A stretch of 63,833 bases of DNA, counting the filler, from Octopus bimaculoides (taxonomy: Eukaryota): the NCBI RefSeq assembly GCF_001194135.2. It is 9 parts of 9 records of this genome, joined end to end, with 100 filler letters (N's around TTAATTAATTAA, not from the genome) between each part and the next. Parts side by side here need not be neighbours in the genome. Positions count along the whole stretch, not along the records: positions 52,889 to 59,645 come from NC_068982.1; positions 59,746 to 62,361 come from NC_068996.1; positions 62,462 to 63,833 come from NW_026311683.1; 6 more parts are not named here. The stretch is one strand, 5' to 3'. Positions within the stretch are counted from its first letter, which is position 1, and each line of letters begins with the position of its first letter. The notes below the pieces were generated by a model that did no database searches, had not been told where the DNA came from, and saw nothing but the letters and a program-made list of their open reading frames with translations. Below are positions 52,889 to 63,833 of this stretch, in pieces. Position numbers and translations under genes: made by a program.

Positions 52889-53520
52889 CTTGTTTGTCCC
52901 CTCTATGTTTAGCCCCTTGTTGGCAATAAAGAAATAAGAAATGTTAGCACGTTCTGAGTAAAAATTCCGCCGAGGTTGACTTTGCCTTTCATCCATTCAG
53001 GGTCGATAAATTAAGTACCAGTTACGCACTGGGGCCGATGTAATCGACTTAATCCCTTTGTCTGTCCTTGTTTGTCCCCTCTATGTTTAGCCCCTTGTTG
53101 GCAATAAAGAAATAAGAAATGTTAGAACGTTCTGAGTAAAAATTCCGCCGAGGTTGACTTTGCCTTTCATCCTTTCGGGGTCGATAAATTAAGTACCAGT
53201 TGCGCACTGGAGTCGATCTAATTGACTGGCCCCCTAACCCAAAATTTCGGGCCTTGTGCCTAAAATAGAAAAGAATATTTATTTAAAGACAAAGGAGGCG
53301 AACTGGCAGAATCGTTAGCATGCCAGGCAAAATATTCAGTAGCATTTCGTCTGTCTTTACGTTCAAATTCCACCGAGGTCGACTTTGCCTTTCATCCTCT
53401 CAGAGTCGATAAAATAAGTACCAGTTGACCACTGGGGTCGATGTAATCGCCTTACACCCTCCCCTGAAATTGCTGGCCTTGTGACAAAATTTGAAACCAG
53501 CATTAAATTATTGGCAGCAA
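52889..53520 (+). mobile_element. Cluster of family A SINEs: tail, two ~178-bp tandem partial units, and a full copy at 53290
   Basis: gttag.acgttctgagtaaaaattccgccgaggttgactttgcc at 52941 and 53120. Confidence 0.88.
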
Positions 53521-53534
53521 GCCACAGAATACAT

Positions 53535-53650
53535 ACAGGGTGTCCACAAAGTCTGGGTGCACGGAGTAAATAAAGCCATAACATAAACAATTAAATATTA
53601 GAAATAATAATTTCTTAAAGTATGTGATAATCCCCATGTACCCAGACTAT
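53535..53650. mobile_element. Possible Tc1/mariner MITE remnant
   Basis: ta-cagggtgtccacaaagtctgggtgca end with partial inverse ccatgtacccagact. Confidence 0.4.
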
Positions 53651-53904
53651 AACTACTACACGGAGCAGTTGCCCGGAGGATGGAGTCTCACGGGTGTAGG
53701 AGTCTAATGCTAATCTCTATGTGTTGGGGCAGAGAATATAGCGGCTCCCAGTACATCGCTTCGCTCGGAGGGGGCTATAGTGCTGTTGATACGGTCCTGT
53801 CACCATTACAACACAACTTTTACTCTACTATTATAAGCACAACATTCTTCATCATCATCTTTATTATCAAAACCATCACCAACACCACTTAAAACTAAGT
53901 TCCA

Positions 53905-54679
53905 CATCTATCAACTTGACTGTAGCGAAAGAAGTAGTATGGTGGACTCGCTTGAAAGGGCTAAAGTCAGACACTTACCTCTTTGGTCAAGCCCTCATCA
54001 ACTTCTTCAAGTTTCACTTGAAGAAGAAGGTGAGGTTGAAGAGGAAAGTGTTGCCTTCTAGCAAGTTTGTTGAAAGGTAGGTGAATGCTGGAAGAATGGT
54101 GTGAAAGGACCAGTTCTGAGCATACACCTGTGAAAAATTAAAGAAGGGCTCTTGCCCTGTTGATCAGGCACCCGTGGCTTTTGTGAGTTTTTCCACGAGG
54201 ACCTTTTAAGTGCCTCCCCTACTGGGAGTTTACCGTTGTTCAATCTTGTTTTTCTATTGTTTACACGAGGAAACCCCATTGTATCGTCCGGTTTTTGTCT
54301 CTTAATGTTTTTGAATGTCCTTTAATGTTATTTTATGTAAGCCCTTGTGGCTAATAAAAGAATGAATTATTTCTAATGATTGTTTTGAAGAATGGTCAGT
54401 ATGAAAGGATCAATTCTGAGTATACACCTGCAAAAATAAAGGGAGAAGGGCCTTGTTGATCAGGTACCCGTGGCTTTTGGGGTTTTTCCACGAGTAACCT
54501 TTAAAGCGCTACCCCCTATTGGGAGTTTTATTTTGTTTAATTTTTTATTGTTTTTTATTGTTTGCATACAGAAAACCGTTTGTATCGTCTTGTGTTGTTT
54601 TTTATATTGTTGCATGTCCTTTTATGTATATTTATATTAGCCCTTGTGGCCAATAAAAGAAATTATTTCTAACGATTGT
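53905..54679 (+). mobile_element. Tx1/L1-like LINE 3' end with tandemly duplicated ~296-bp 3' UTR
   Basis: INLTVAKEVVWWTRLKG...LINFFKFHLKKKVRLKRKVLPSSKFVER*; units 54091-54383 and 54387-54679. Confidence 0.6.
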
Positions 54680-54970
54680 ACAAGGCGCAGATAGTGCTGT
54701 TACTAGTGGGGAGCAGCGAATATAGTAGAAGCGGTGATGTCCGTCTTCGTGGTGATGATAGCGATAGGAGGTTATGTTATGGAGGAAGAAAGGGTAATAG
54801 TTGGTGATGGTGATGGTGGTGGTGGTAGTGGTGGTCATAGTTTTAGAAGGCAAATGTGGTGATGGTGACGATGGCAGTGGTGGAGCTGTCTGTGATGATA
54901 ATGAAGATGATGATAGCTATTGTATCTCTGGTAATTTGTGATGATGATGAATACGTGTGTTGATAATACA

Positions 54971-54987
54971 AGTAGTAGTAGTAGTAA

Positions 54988-55046
<59 letters not shown>

Positions 55047-55047
55047 A

Positions 55048-55121
<74 letters not shown>

Positions 55122-55122
55122 A

Positions 55123-55183
<61 letters not shown>

Positions 55184-55198
55184 GGTGGTGGTGGTGGT
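54971..55198. repeat. (AGT)n/(GGT)n microsatellite
   Basis: Direct reading. Confidence 0.95.
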
Positions 55199-55847
55199 AA
55201 AAAAGAACGGGAGGAGAGGCAAAGAAGAATCGAGAATTATCTAAAACAAAAATAGAAGACGGCCATACAGACAGACATGCAGACAGACACACAGACAAAC
55301 ATCATGTTAAAGGTTAACAAAAGAGTGACACAAATAATAAAGTGGGTGTGAGGTTTCATGTAGTGGTGGTGTCGGGGGAGTCAGCTACACCCGATGTTAC
55401 CACGTGTCTTTGTGGTATTGCAATGACACTAATGGTGATTTGTTTCTTCTTGTTGCTGTTTTAGTGGTTATATTTATTGCTGTTGTTGTTGAGGGTGATG
55501 ATGATGATGATGATGACTACGATGACTACAATAATGATGATGATGATGTTCATACTGTTGTTACAGTTTAACTTGGAAAAAAATATTATGGAAATGAGGA
55601 AGGAAAATAAAGGAGAGATTCAGGAAGATAAAACATACAGAAAAAATATAAAAAAATATATATACAACAGCTGATGATTTCCTTGATCCTGTTTCCAGCT
55701 TCCAATTAATATTAGGTCTCGTGCCTTATAATCGTTCCCGTAATTTGCATCAGACAGTGGTGTAGAGCAGGAGGTAATCTTTTAAGAGATGGAGAACGCT
55801 TCGCAGTTTCGAATCTGTGTTGAAAGCCACCTCATCACTTCACTTAC

Positions 55848-55938
55848 ACTGCCAATGTTCTTAGAAAATGGTATGAAAATCTAAACCTCCGGTCCTCCTC
55901 CACATACTTGAAGACGGTATTGGTACACGACCTCAAGA
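55848..55938 (-). CDS. Candidate exon (V)LRSCTNTVFKYVEEDRRFRFSYHFLRTLA(V), product unknown
   Basis: tttatttttaacaag| ... |gtaagt; 91 nt; phase 1 to 2; open frame. Confidence 0.4.
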
Positions 55939-56140
55939 CTTGTTAAAAATAAACGCCAAATGTCCTTCAGTGCATCTCGTACTATTTTTAATAAAAGATA
56001 CAGTCTTGGACATATTGTTTGGAAAAAAAATTGGATTGGTAAGAGCTGGAATACTTCTGTTATAAGTCTGCAAGAGCAGAGTTGAGCAGGAGCGATTGAA
56101 CAACAGCTAGTATAGTATGGTATCATTTTTGTACCAGTTA

Positions 56141-56805
56141 AGTTGGTGAGTTAGTAGAATTGTTTGCATATCGGACAGAATGCTTAGCGATATTTCGTTC
56201 GGCTCTTTATGCACTGCGTTCAAATTCTGTCAAGGTTAACTTTGCCTTTTGCCATTTGGAATCGATAAATAAGTAGTAGTTGAGCACTGAGGTCGATGTA
56301 ATCGACAAGCTCTCTTTCCTAAAATTGCTGACCTTGTGCTAAATTTAGAGAGATTTAGTGTATTAGTTGAGGTGACAAACTAGCAGAAGCGTTTGCGCGT
56401 CGGACAAAATGCATAGCGGCATTTCTTCTGGCTCTCCAAGTTCTGACTTCAAATTCTGCCGAAGTCAACTTTGCCTTTCATCCTTTCGGAGTCGATTAAA
56501 TAAGTACCGGTGAAGAACAGAGATCGATGTAATCGACTTACCTCTCCTCCTAAAATTGCTGGCCTTGTACCAAAATTTGAAACCATTATTTTGTCAAGTC
56601 AAAGACAGCAGAATTCTTAGGGCGTCGACGAAAATGCTTTGCAATATTTCTTCCGGTTTTTTACTTCAAATACCATCGAGGTCAGCTTCGTCTTTCACTC
56701 TTCCTGGGCAAAAGAAATATAGTTCCAGTCAAGTACTAGCTGACGTTGATGGTATCGATTAACCTTCTGTTGGTCTTATGCCTAATTCAGAAACCATTAT
56801 TATGT
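56141..56805 (+). mobile_element. Three head-to-tail SINE family A copies
   Basis: Heads at ~56141, ~56372 and ~56600. Confidence 0.85.
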
Positions 56806-57059
56806 CAGTTCAAATTTATATCTCTAAAGAACTGGCAACAACAAAAGGCAAAAACAAAAGATGCAATTTTTAAAAATTCTATATCCTACCATTGATATTT
56901 ATCATGTATAACCATTTTCTTCACGTTTTGATTCCAAGTTCTTTTGGGTTCACTTTCACTGCATGGCACTTAGGGTACCCCCTCGTACATGGTGAGATTT
57001 GAATTCAGTTGTGTAAACAATTGAAACACGTTTTACTTGTTTTGCAACAGTCAACCGCA

Positions 57060-57340
57060 TACCTGTTGCCTCCACATACGTGCTGTCTTCTTTATCTTCT
57101 GTCTACCGTTACTACAGTGGCATTTTCTCCTCGGAGTTAGCTGGTCTCGAGCCCATAGACACACGCTCGCGCGCTTGTTTCTTATCCTCTCGTAACCTAT
57201 TTTGTGCCTACCACCCCACTCGCCAGTATGTTCAGTCCTTCCTTCACAAAACATCGACTCTTTTGAATCCCCTCGAAATAGATGATTTTTTCCGGAAACT
57301 GTCAGCTTGCAGTTGCTCCAGAGGAACGACAAACTAGTTT
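57060..57340 (+). mobile_element. CR1/L2-group RT C-terminal remnant
   Basis: LSSVYRYYSGIFSSELAGLEP...YVQSFLHKTSTLLNPL. Confidence 0.65.
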
Positions 57341-58120
57341 TTTCCAGGATTTCGAAGGTCGTAGGCAGAGCTCCTAACTCCAGACCAAATCAGTAAGAAA
57401 AAGATTGAAACTAACAATGATATTGATTTACAGTGTGAAGTAGACAGTATGTATACGGACCAGAGAACGATTGGTGATTGTCATGATGTAACGAAGATAC
57501 TCCCCAATTAACAAGTGGTTTATTTACTTAAAGTACCGAGTTCAAAACCCGCGATGTGCAAGATCAATACACCCCAGTATACTCTTTGAATTCCTGCATC
57601 AAAATGAAGTTTTCGTTAGTTCTTCGGTGAACCAGTGGAATGCAGGACATTATTTAGCTTTTTTATTTAAATATATAATACATTAGATGAAGGCATGTGA
57701 TCCAGAGGTTAGGAATTTTCGCCAGGAGATGCAACACAGCAGATGTAGCAAGATGCAAACCGATGATAATTTGGATAAGAGGCCAAATTTTATCGATTTG
57801 ATCATTTAGGACTCAGTCCTAATGACATGCCATCACGTATCCAAATACTCCCTAATTACATGTATCGATAAACCCGACAACAATTCCACACAAAAGAACT
57901 CCTTCGCAGCTCCTTATGCAAACATCAAAATCGAAATCATCCTGTTGTAAAATCAAGTTACATCAGTTACGTTGGGTCTTTCACATACTTCGCTTTCATT
58001 GTAAATGTTTTTTCGGATAATGATTCCATTTCCAGTCTTCCAGAATATTTAGAGAGAAAAAAAACAAGACAGAAAGAAAAAAGTTGCTTAGAAAAAAATC
58101 AGAATAGAAAAAAAACATAC

Positions 58121-58193
58121 CCGAAGTGTTTCCGATCAATTTGTTGCTGGCACCATATGTCTGCCTTTCCAGATCAGGTTTTGAAACCATATC
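58121..58193 (-). CDS. Candidate exon DMVSKPDLERQTYGASNKLIGNTS, product unknown
   Basis: tttgttttattag| ... |gtatgt; 73 nt; phase 0 to 1. Confidence 0.4.
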
Positions 58194-58953
58194 CTAATAA
58201 AACAAATATTATAAGTCATGATTCGTCCAAGACGAATTAAATAAATAAAAAAACAATGGAGATTCCGAATGAAACTCGATCGCTGTCGGTTGTTCCTTAG
58301 TTACACACAAATACTTCGATAGAAGTCCTCATTTTTTTCTCTGTTTGTTTTTGTTTTGTTTTTTTGACGCAGCTTTAAACATGTTTTAAGTTTTACTGTT
58401 TACACAGTTACCTTCGGATTTTTTTCTTCTTTCCCTGTTTTCGTCATCTAATATCCCCATATTTTTTTTTTCGTTGACTTTCTCCGGTTCAACTTCTCAG
58501 TGGGTTTCATCTTTTTTGCTCATCCTTTCACAAACACGCTCTCATACTTTCCCTCTCTATTTCTCTTCCTATCGCTCTTTATTTCTTTTCTATTCAGTTT
58601 TATATTTATCTTCCCTTTGATTTTCCCTTCCTTCCCAAGTCTGTCACGATATCTGTAGCATTTTTATCCAACTTTGTTCTCCATCTACCTCACCATCAAG
58701 TGTACTAATACACACAGAATTGGCAATGTTCTGTATCGACCACTAACATCCTTATCTTGAGACAATTAAGAAAACTAGCCGATTCTTTTCTTTTCTTTCC
58801 TTTTTTTCCCCACCCCAGTAACACCACAGAACATCCTATAGAAATAACTCACCTACCTACTCCAGTCATTTTTCTTTCTTAACTAACGCTCATGTCTGCT
58901 GACCCGAAATGACCAGCAAGTTCTTTATTCTAGTAGTTATTTTTTCACTCAAC

Positions 58954-59065
58954 CTGTTCACATATGTGCCGGAGCGTGTCAAGGACGTCAAAAGCAGAAA
59001 GCAATCGAATCAAAACATTTCCGGTAGCGTTCGTGTGATATTTGTCAAGTGGATAAACGACAAAG
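58954..59065 (-). CDS. Candidate exon FVVYPLDKYHTNATGNVLIRLLSAFDVLDTLRHICEQ, product unknown
   Basis: tctgtgtag| ... cag|gttgag; 112 nt; ends in phase 0. Confidence 0.3.
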
Positions 59066-59602
59066 CTACACAGAATCCGACCACTTCACTGCGATATCGT
59101 ATTCGATATTCGTTGTAAGATGATCGGCCGTGAAGTTCCGGTGAAAAGAACTGCTGTTTGGTGGCGTTAGTGGTTGATGGAGCTAAACCCGTTTCGTTTC
59201 GCTACTACTCTCGCTTGTGCTTTAACAGAAAGGATGACATATGCTCTTCCGATCAGCAACATCGATACGAGTGTATGTTTGTGTAAATACATTCTGCCGC
59301 CCTCTGTTTTCTCATAAAATGATAATAACGCATATATATATAACTCCGGCTTTTATTCATTTTCACCGTCTGTTGCTGGTCTGAAATATTAAAGTTTTTG
59401 GCGTTTCCTATTCTGAGGGAAAGACGCTTAATATAAAGTTTTGTATTGATATGAGAAATGAAAACAGGAGTTGATACATACATACATGCATACATACGTA
59501 CGTACATACAAACATGAATGTATGAATGTATGTATATGTATACACACATATACATACGCATATATATATTAGGAGAAAGAGTACACAAGCATACATACAT
59601 AC

Positions 59603-59645
<43 letters not shown>

Positions 59646-59922
59646 NNNNNNNNNNNNNNNNNNNNNNNNNNNNNNNNNNNNNNNNNNNNTTAATTAATTA
59701 ANNNNNNNNNNNNNNNNNNNNNNNNNNNNNNNNNNNNNNNNNNNNTATATATTCGTTATGGCACAGGAACAGCATCAGTTCAAAATAGCAATCTGTATAT
59801 CATGCATAATCGTTGTGTATGATATGCAGATTTTGAATTAATATTGCTTCTGTGGCATGATAAATTTTTGTGTGTGTGTGCATGTATGTGTATATACATA
59901 CGTAGATATATATATATATATT

Positions 59923-60385
59923 GTGAATATGAGACGAGATATGGATACTGATATCTCAAAGAGAATAAAGGCAAGATGGAAGGCATTTACCTCAATAAAG
60001 GATGTGCTGCAAACAAAGATAGACAATACCATGCGTGCCAGACTCATCGATAGGAAGTGAGACCTGAGCTACTGCGAAGAGGTTAGAACATCGATTGGCT
60101 ATGACGCAAAGAGCCATGGAAAAATCCATGCTAGGTATATCATTACGAGAGTACATTCGAAATTAGATAATTCGAGATCGGAGCGGAGTGAATAATGTAA
60201 TCACAGAGTACTGCTGGGCTGGACATGGTGCAAAGACAACAGTGCAGATTTCGAGTGGTATCCAAGAGACCGGGAAGGGCTACTTGGATCCACAACGATG
60301 AGGTGACGATTTAGTTGAGTAATTTAGGTAAAAATGGAAAAGATTAGCGCAATCAAGACAGAATTGGAAGCGCATTGTGACCAGC
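59923..60385 (+). mobile_element. RTE-clade LINE RT C-terminal fragment
   Basis: DISKRIKARWKAF...LAMTQRAMEKSMLGISLR...WAGH...EWYPRD. Confidence 0.9.
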
Positions 60386-60721
60386 GGTATATAACAGCAT
60401 CTGATGGTTTGGTCGATACTGTGACACTGTGGTATCACAAAAAAATAGATATATCGCTAAAAACATGATAAACTTCGGTGTTCGTCTCGAGAAAGCATCT
60501 CTTATAGTCACATAGTGTTAAAAAACACAGAAATATATCAGCAGCGATTAAAAATCACCCGTTAGTGATGTGAAAAAATGATTAAAAATCGCTAATGTCG
60601 CAATTAGTTGTCAGGCCGAATAACATTTGTTTTGAACGACAGAAGCAGTATTAATTCAAAATAAAAGTTTTTTGCGACATATTTAAAGCAGACACATCGC
60701 TGATATATTCCTGTGTTTAGA

Positions 60722-60950
60722 GCGACAAACTGGCGGAATCGTTAGCACGCCGGGCGAAATGCTTAGTGGTATTTCGTCCGCTGTTACGTTCTGAGTTCAA
60801 ATTCCGCCGAGGTCGACTTTGCTTTTCATCTTTTCGGGGTCGATTAAATAAGTACCAGTTACGCACTGGGGTCGATGTAATCGACTTAATCCCTTTGTCT
60901 GTCCTTGTTTGTCCCCTTTATGTTTAGCCTCTTGTGGGCAATAAAGAAAT
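60722..60950 (+). mobile_element. SINE family A (A1 tail), full length
   Basis: A-box head, gagttcaaattcc B-box, tail agcctcttgtgggcaataaagaaata. Confidence 0.92.
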
Positions 60951-61389
60951 AGATATATTTCTGTTTTTAATGCTATTTCAAAAATATACGTGCTTTAAGT
61001 ATGATACGCACATTATTCTAAATTAATGCTGTTTCTGTGCCTCATAATGAATTTTAAGTTACTCTGCCGTATAACTACGACTTCAATGATCTTTCAGTCA
61101 TTATTTCAGTATGTTAATAGTAGCCGATTTTCTCTTAGTATGCGGTTGTTAGTAGGTACTTACCACTGAAGAAGTTAAAATGACAGAAATACGTAGTTTG
61201 TAGTGCCACCACCACCACCACCATCGCAGAACGATTTTCGTCCACTATTGATAAATTTGTGTGATTTTTTAATACTGTACATCTATAAGGTATGCTATCT
61301 CGAGACGAATATCGCAGTTTGTCAGACTTTCAACGATTTATCTGATTTAACTATGATAACAAATACCTCATATACATATGTGTGTGTGT

Positions 61390-61433
<44 letters not shown>

Positions 61434-61980
61434 CGTTGCTATTATGTTAAACTATCGTATGTCCCAAATCGGCCAAATGCGGGGTTTTTTTTCTCAATAC
61501 TTATTTTAGCTTGCAATAGCCGGTTCTTTCAAGCAAATTATCGTACTTCCAACTGCTTTAGATGCCACGATATCAAAAATTATCGAAGCGAAGTACAACT
61601 GTTTTACTACGGAATGGTAAAACTATCTGTTTGTTTTCTGAAAAAGCAACGTTTTCGACTTACGACACTTTTGCATAATAGCAACAACATTCTACCTTTA
61701 TCCCTCCAGCGGACTGAAGTAATTGGTAGATGAAATTGAGGTACTTGGATGTTTCTCTAGGCTTCGTCAGAGATTTTAGAAAGTACATAAGGTTAAGTCA
61801 TAAATATAAATACACACATAAATACATACTTTTACATATACATATACATACATAAATATACATAAATACATATACCTACACTTAAATGTACATGCATATG
61901 TGTATGTATATGCATACAAATGAATCAATTATTATCATTATTATCATTAGATGCATTATATTATTCATATTAGATAAAAT

Positions 61981-62361
61981 GTGGAGGCGCAATGGCCTAG
62001 TGGTTTGGGCAGTGGACTCGCGGTCATAGGATCGCGGTTTCGATTCCCAGACCGGGTGTTATGAGTGTTTATTGAGCGAAAACACCTAAAGCCCCACGAG
62101 GCTCCGGCAGGGGATGGTGGCGAACCCTGCTGTACCCTTTCACCACAACTTTCTCTCACTCTTACTTCCCGTTTCTGTTGTGCCTGTAATTCAAAGGGTC
62201 AGCCTTGTCACACTGTGTCACGCTGAATATCCCCGAGAAGTACGTCAAGGGTACACGTGTCTGTGGAGTGCTCAGCCACTTGCACGTTAATTTCACGAGC
62301 AGGCTGTTCCGTTGATCGGATCAACTGGAACCCTCGACGTCGTAAGCGACGGAGTACCAAC
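61981..62361 (+). mobile_element. tRNA-derived SINE family B, full length
   Basis: tggcctagtgg A-box, ggtttcgattccc B-box; matches 25240-25567. Confidence 0.93.
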
Positions 62362-62950
62362 NNNNNNNNNNNNNNNNNNNNNNNNNNNNNNNNNNNNNNN
62401 NNNNNTTAATTAATTAANNNNNNNNNNNNNNNNNNNNNNNNNNNNNNNNNNNNNNNNNNNNGAGAGAGAGAGGGAGAGAGAGAGAATCTACATAAACATG
62501 GACACACATATACACACACGCACGCACACACATACATGCAATCACATTTATGTGTAAACATACATATATGTATATATCTATACATACACATGCATTTCAT
62601 ATATATAAACATATGAATAAACACACGCATACACTGACACGTACGTGTACACACACACATACACAGAGTGAGAGACGCATGCGCACGCACGCAGAGATAC
62701 AAGCACACATAGACAGACATGCACACACACACACACACACACACACACGGACACACATGGACACATATAATATTTATGTCTAGATGTTTGTCTCTGATGG
62801 TGTGGTTGAGTGGATGATTCTACGACTGTGTTTATACAAATGTATTTTATACATAAGCACTTATATTTATATATAATAATACACGTGACGGCGCGTGTGT
62901 ATATTATATATATATAATGCGTACATAGGTATCTCTCTCACACACAGATA

Positions 62951-63809
62951 CAGGGTGCGATGGGCAAACTGTCACCATTTTATAGCTTTAAGTTCGCGCA
63001 TGCGCATTGTTTGTTTTCAATTTTGTCGACTACAGAGTATGCTAGGGTCAGTTGGGCACCGTCTGTGAGAAAAACAGTACCATGACGCAATTCACTCTGC
63101 CAGATATTTGGAAACGACATGCTGTACTGCTTGGCATTCACGCCGGAAGTTCCAATAGCCCATTTCAGAGTGTTTAGGTGTCAATCTGAGGACAGTGCAA
63201 TCTGAGAGTGATAAAAGGCAAACATCTAGTGATGGTATTTAGAGTAATCACAAGTGATGGCGACGTTATGCCTCCATTCATCTTCCCATACGGCCTCAGA
63301 TTTAACACGGAGGCTTACGTCAAGTACCTGGAGGAGGTAGTGCTGCCCTGGGTCAAGAGGGTAGCTGCTGGAAGACCCTATGTCTGGCAACAGGACTTTG
63401 CACCACGCCACACAAGCAGGAGAATCTAGTCATGATTGTCAGACAATTTCTGCGACCACATCACTCCTAACATCTGGCCCCTTAACTCTCCAGACTGCTA
63501 TCCTTTGATTATTATGTGTGGAGTGCAGTTGAGCAACAAAACTCCTTGTAATAACAAAGATGGACTGAAGGCAAGAATTATGTCAGATATTCACCAATTA
63601 AAACAAAGAGGCTGTCCAGAAAAGTTGCAGGAGATTCCGATGTTGTTTGGAGGCCATGGTTGAAGCTAATGGTGATTTTATTGAATAAATTTAATCTTTA
63701 GTATTTCGAGATATTTTAATGTAATTTTGGTAAATATATCTGTTAAAATGAGACGTCAGTGCTATTTTCATTTTTGCGTAATTTAGACGACAGTTTATTC
63801 ACCGCACTA
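62951..63809 (+). mobile_element. Tc1/mariner DD37D (maT-like) deletion derivative
   Basis: TA flank; imperfect TIRs; WQQD-x37-D once a 1-nt deletion is restored (QQDFAPRH...WPLNSPDCYP(L)DYYVW). Confidence 0.92.
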
Positions 63810-63833
63810 TACATACATATATATATATATATA

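Noticed and set aside
57852-57941. Exon-like frame DDFDFDVCIRSCEGVLLCGIVVGFIDTCN*
   Set aside because: Phase incompatible with the preceding candidate exon (gives an immediate TGA)
58140-58192. IWFQN homeobox-like word after a splice acceptor
   Set aside because: Followed by LIWKG rather than RRxK, then an early stop; no helix 1/2 exon found
61981-62060. tRNA genes at SINE heads
   Set aside because: A/B boxes continue into SINE bodies; no complete cloverleaf

Overview
AT-rich, gap-rich eukaryotic draft-assembly window. The SINE families and microsatellite load resemble a coleoid cephalopod (Octopus-like); this is recognition from the sequence, not a database result. Almost all ORF-track ORFs are microsatellite or N-gap artefacts. 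The supportable content is transposon debris: Penelope-like (PLE) RT, GIY-YIG and pLTR pieces; R4/Dong, HERO-like, CR1/L2, RTE and Tx1-like LINE fragments; a piggyBac deletion derivative; mariner and DD37D derivatives; and many tRNA-derived SINEs. The most notable signal is six type I hammerhead ribozyme (HHR) motifs in four unrelated repeat families. One is a ~351-nt retrozyme-like monomer whose two copies show compensatory changes in stem I and in a palindromic stem III. A few phase-compatible minus-strand exons may belong to an unidentified host gene (low confidence). Eight 100-bp N44-TTAATTAATTAA-N44 spacers are artificial joins, so adjacency across them is uncertain.
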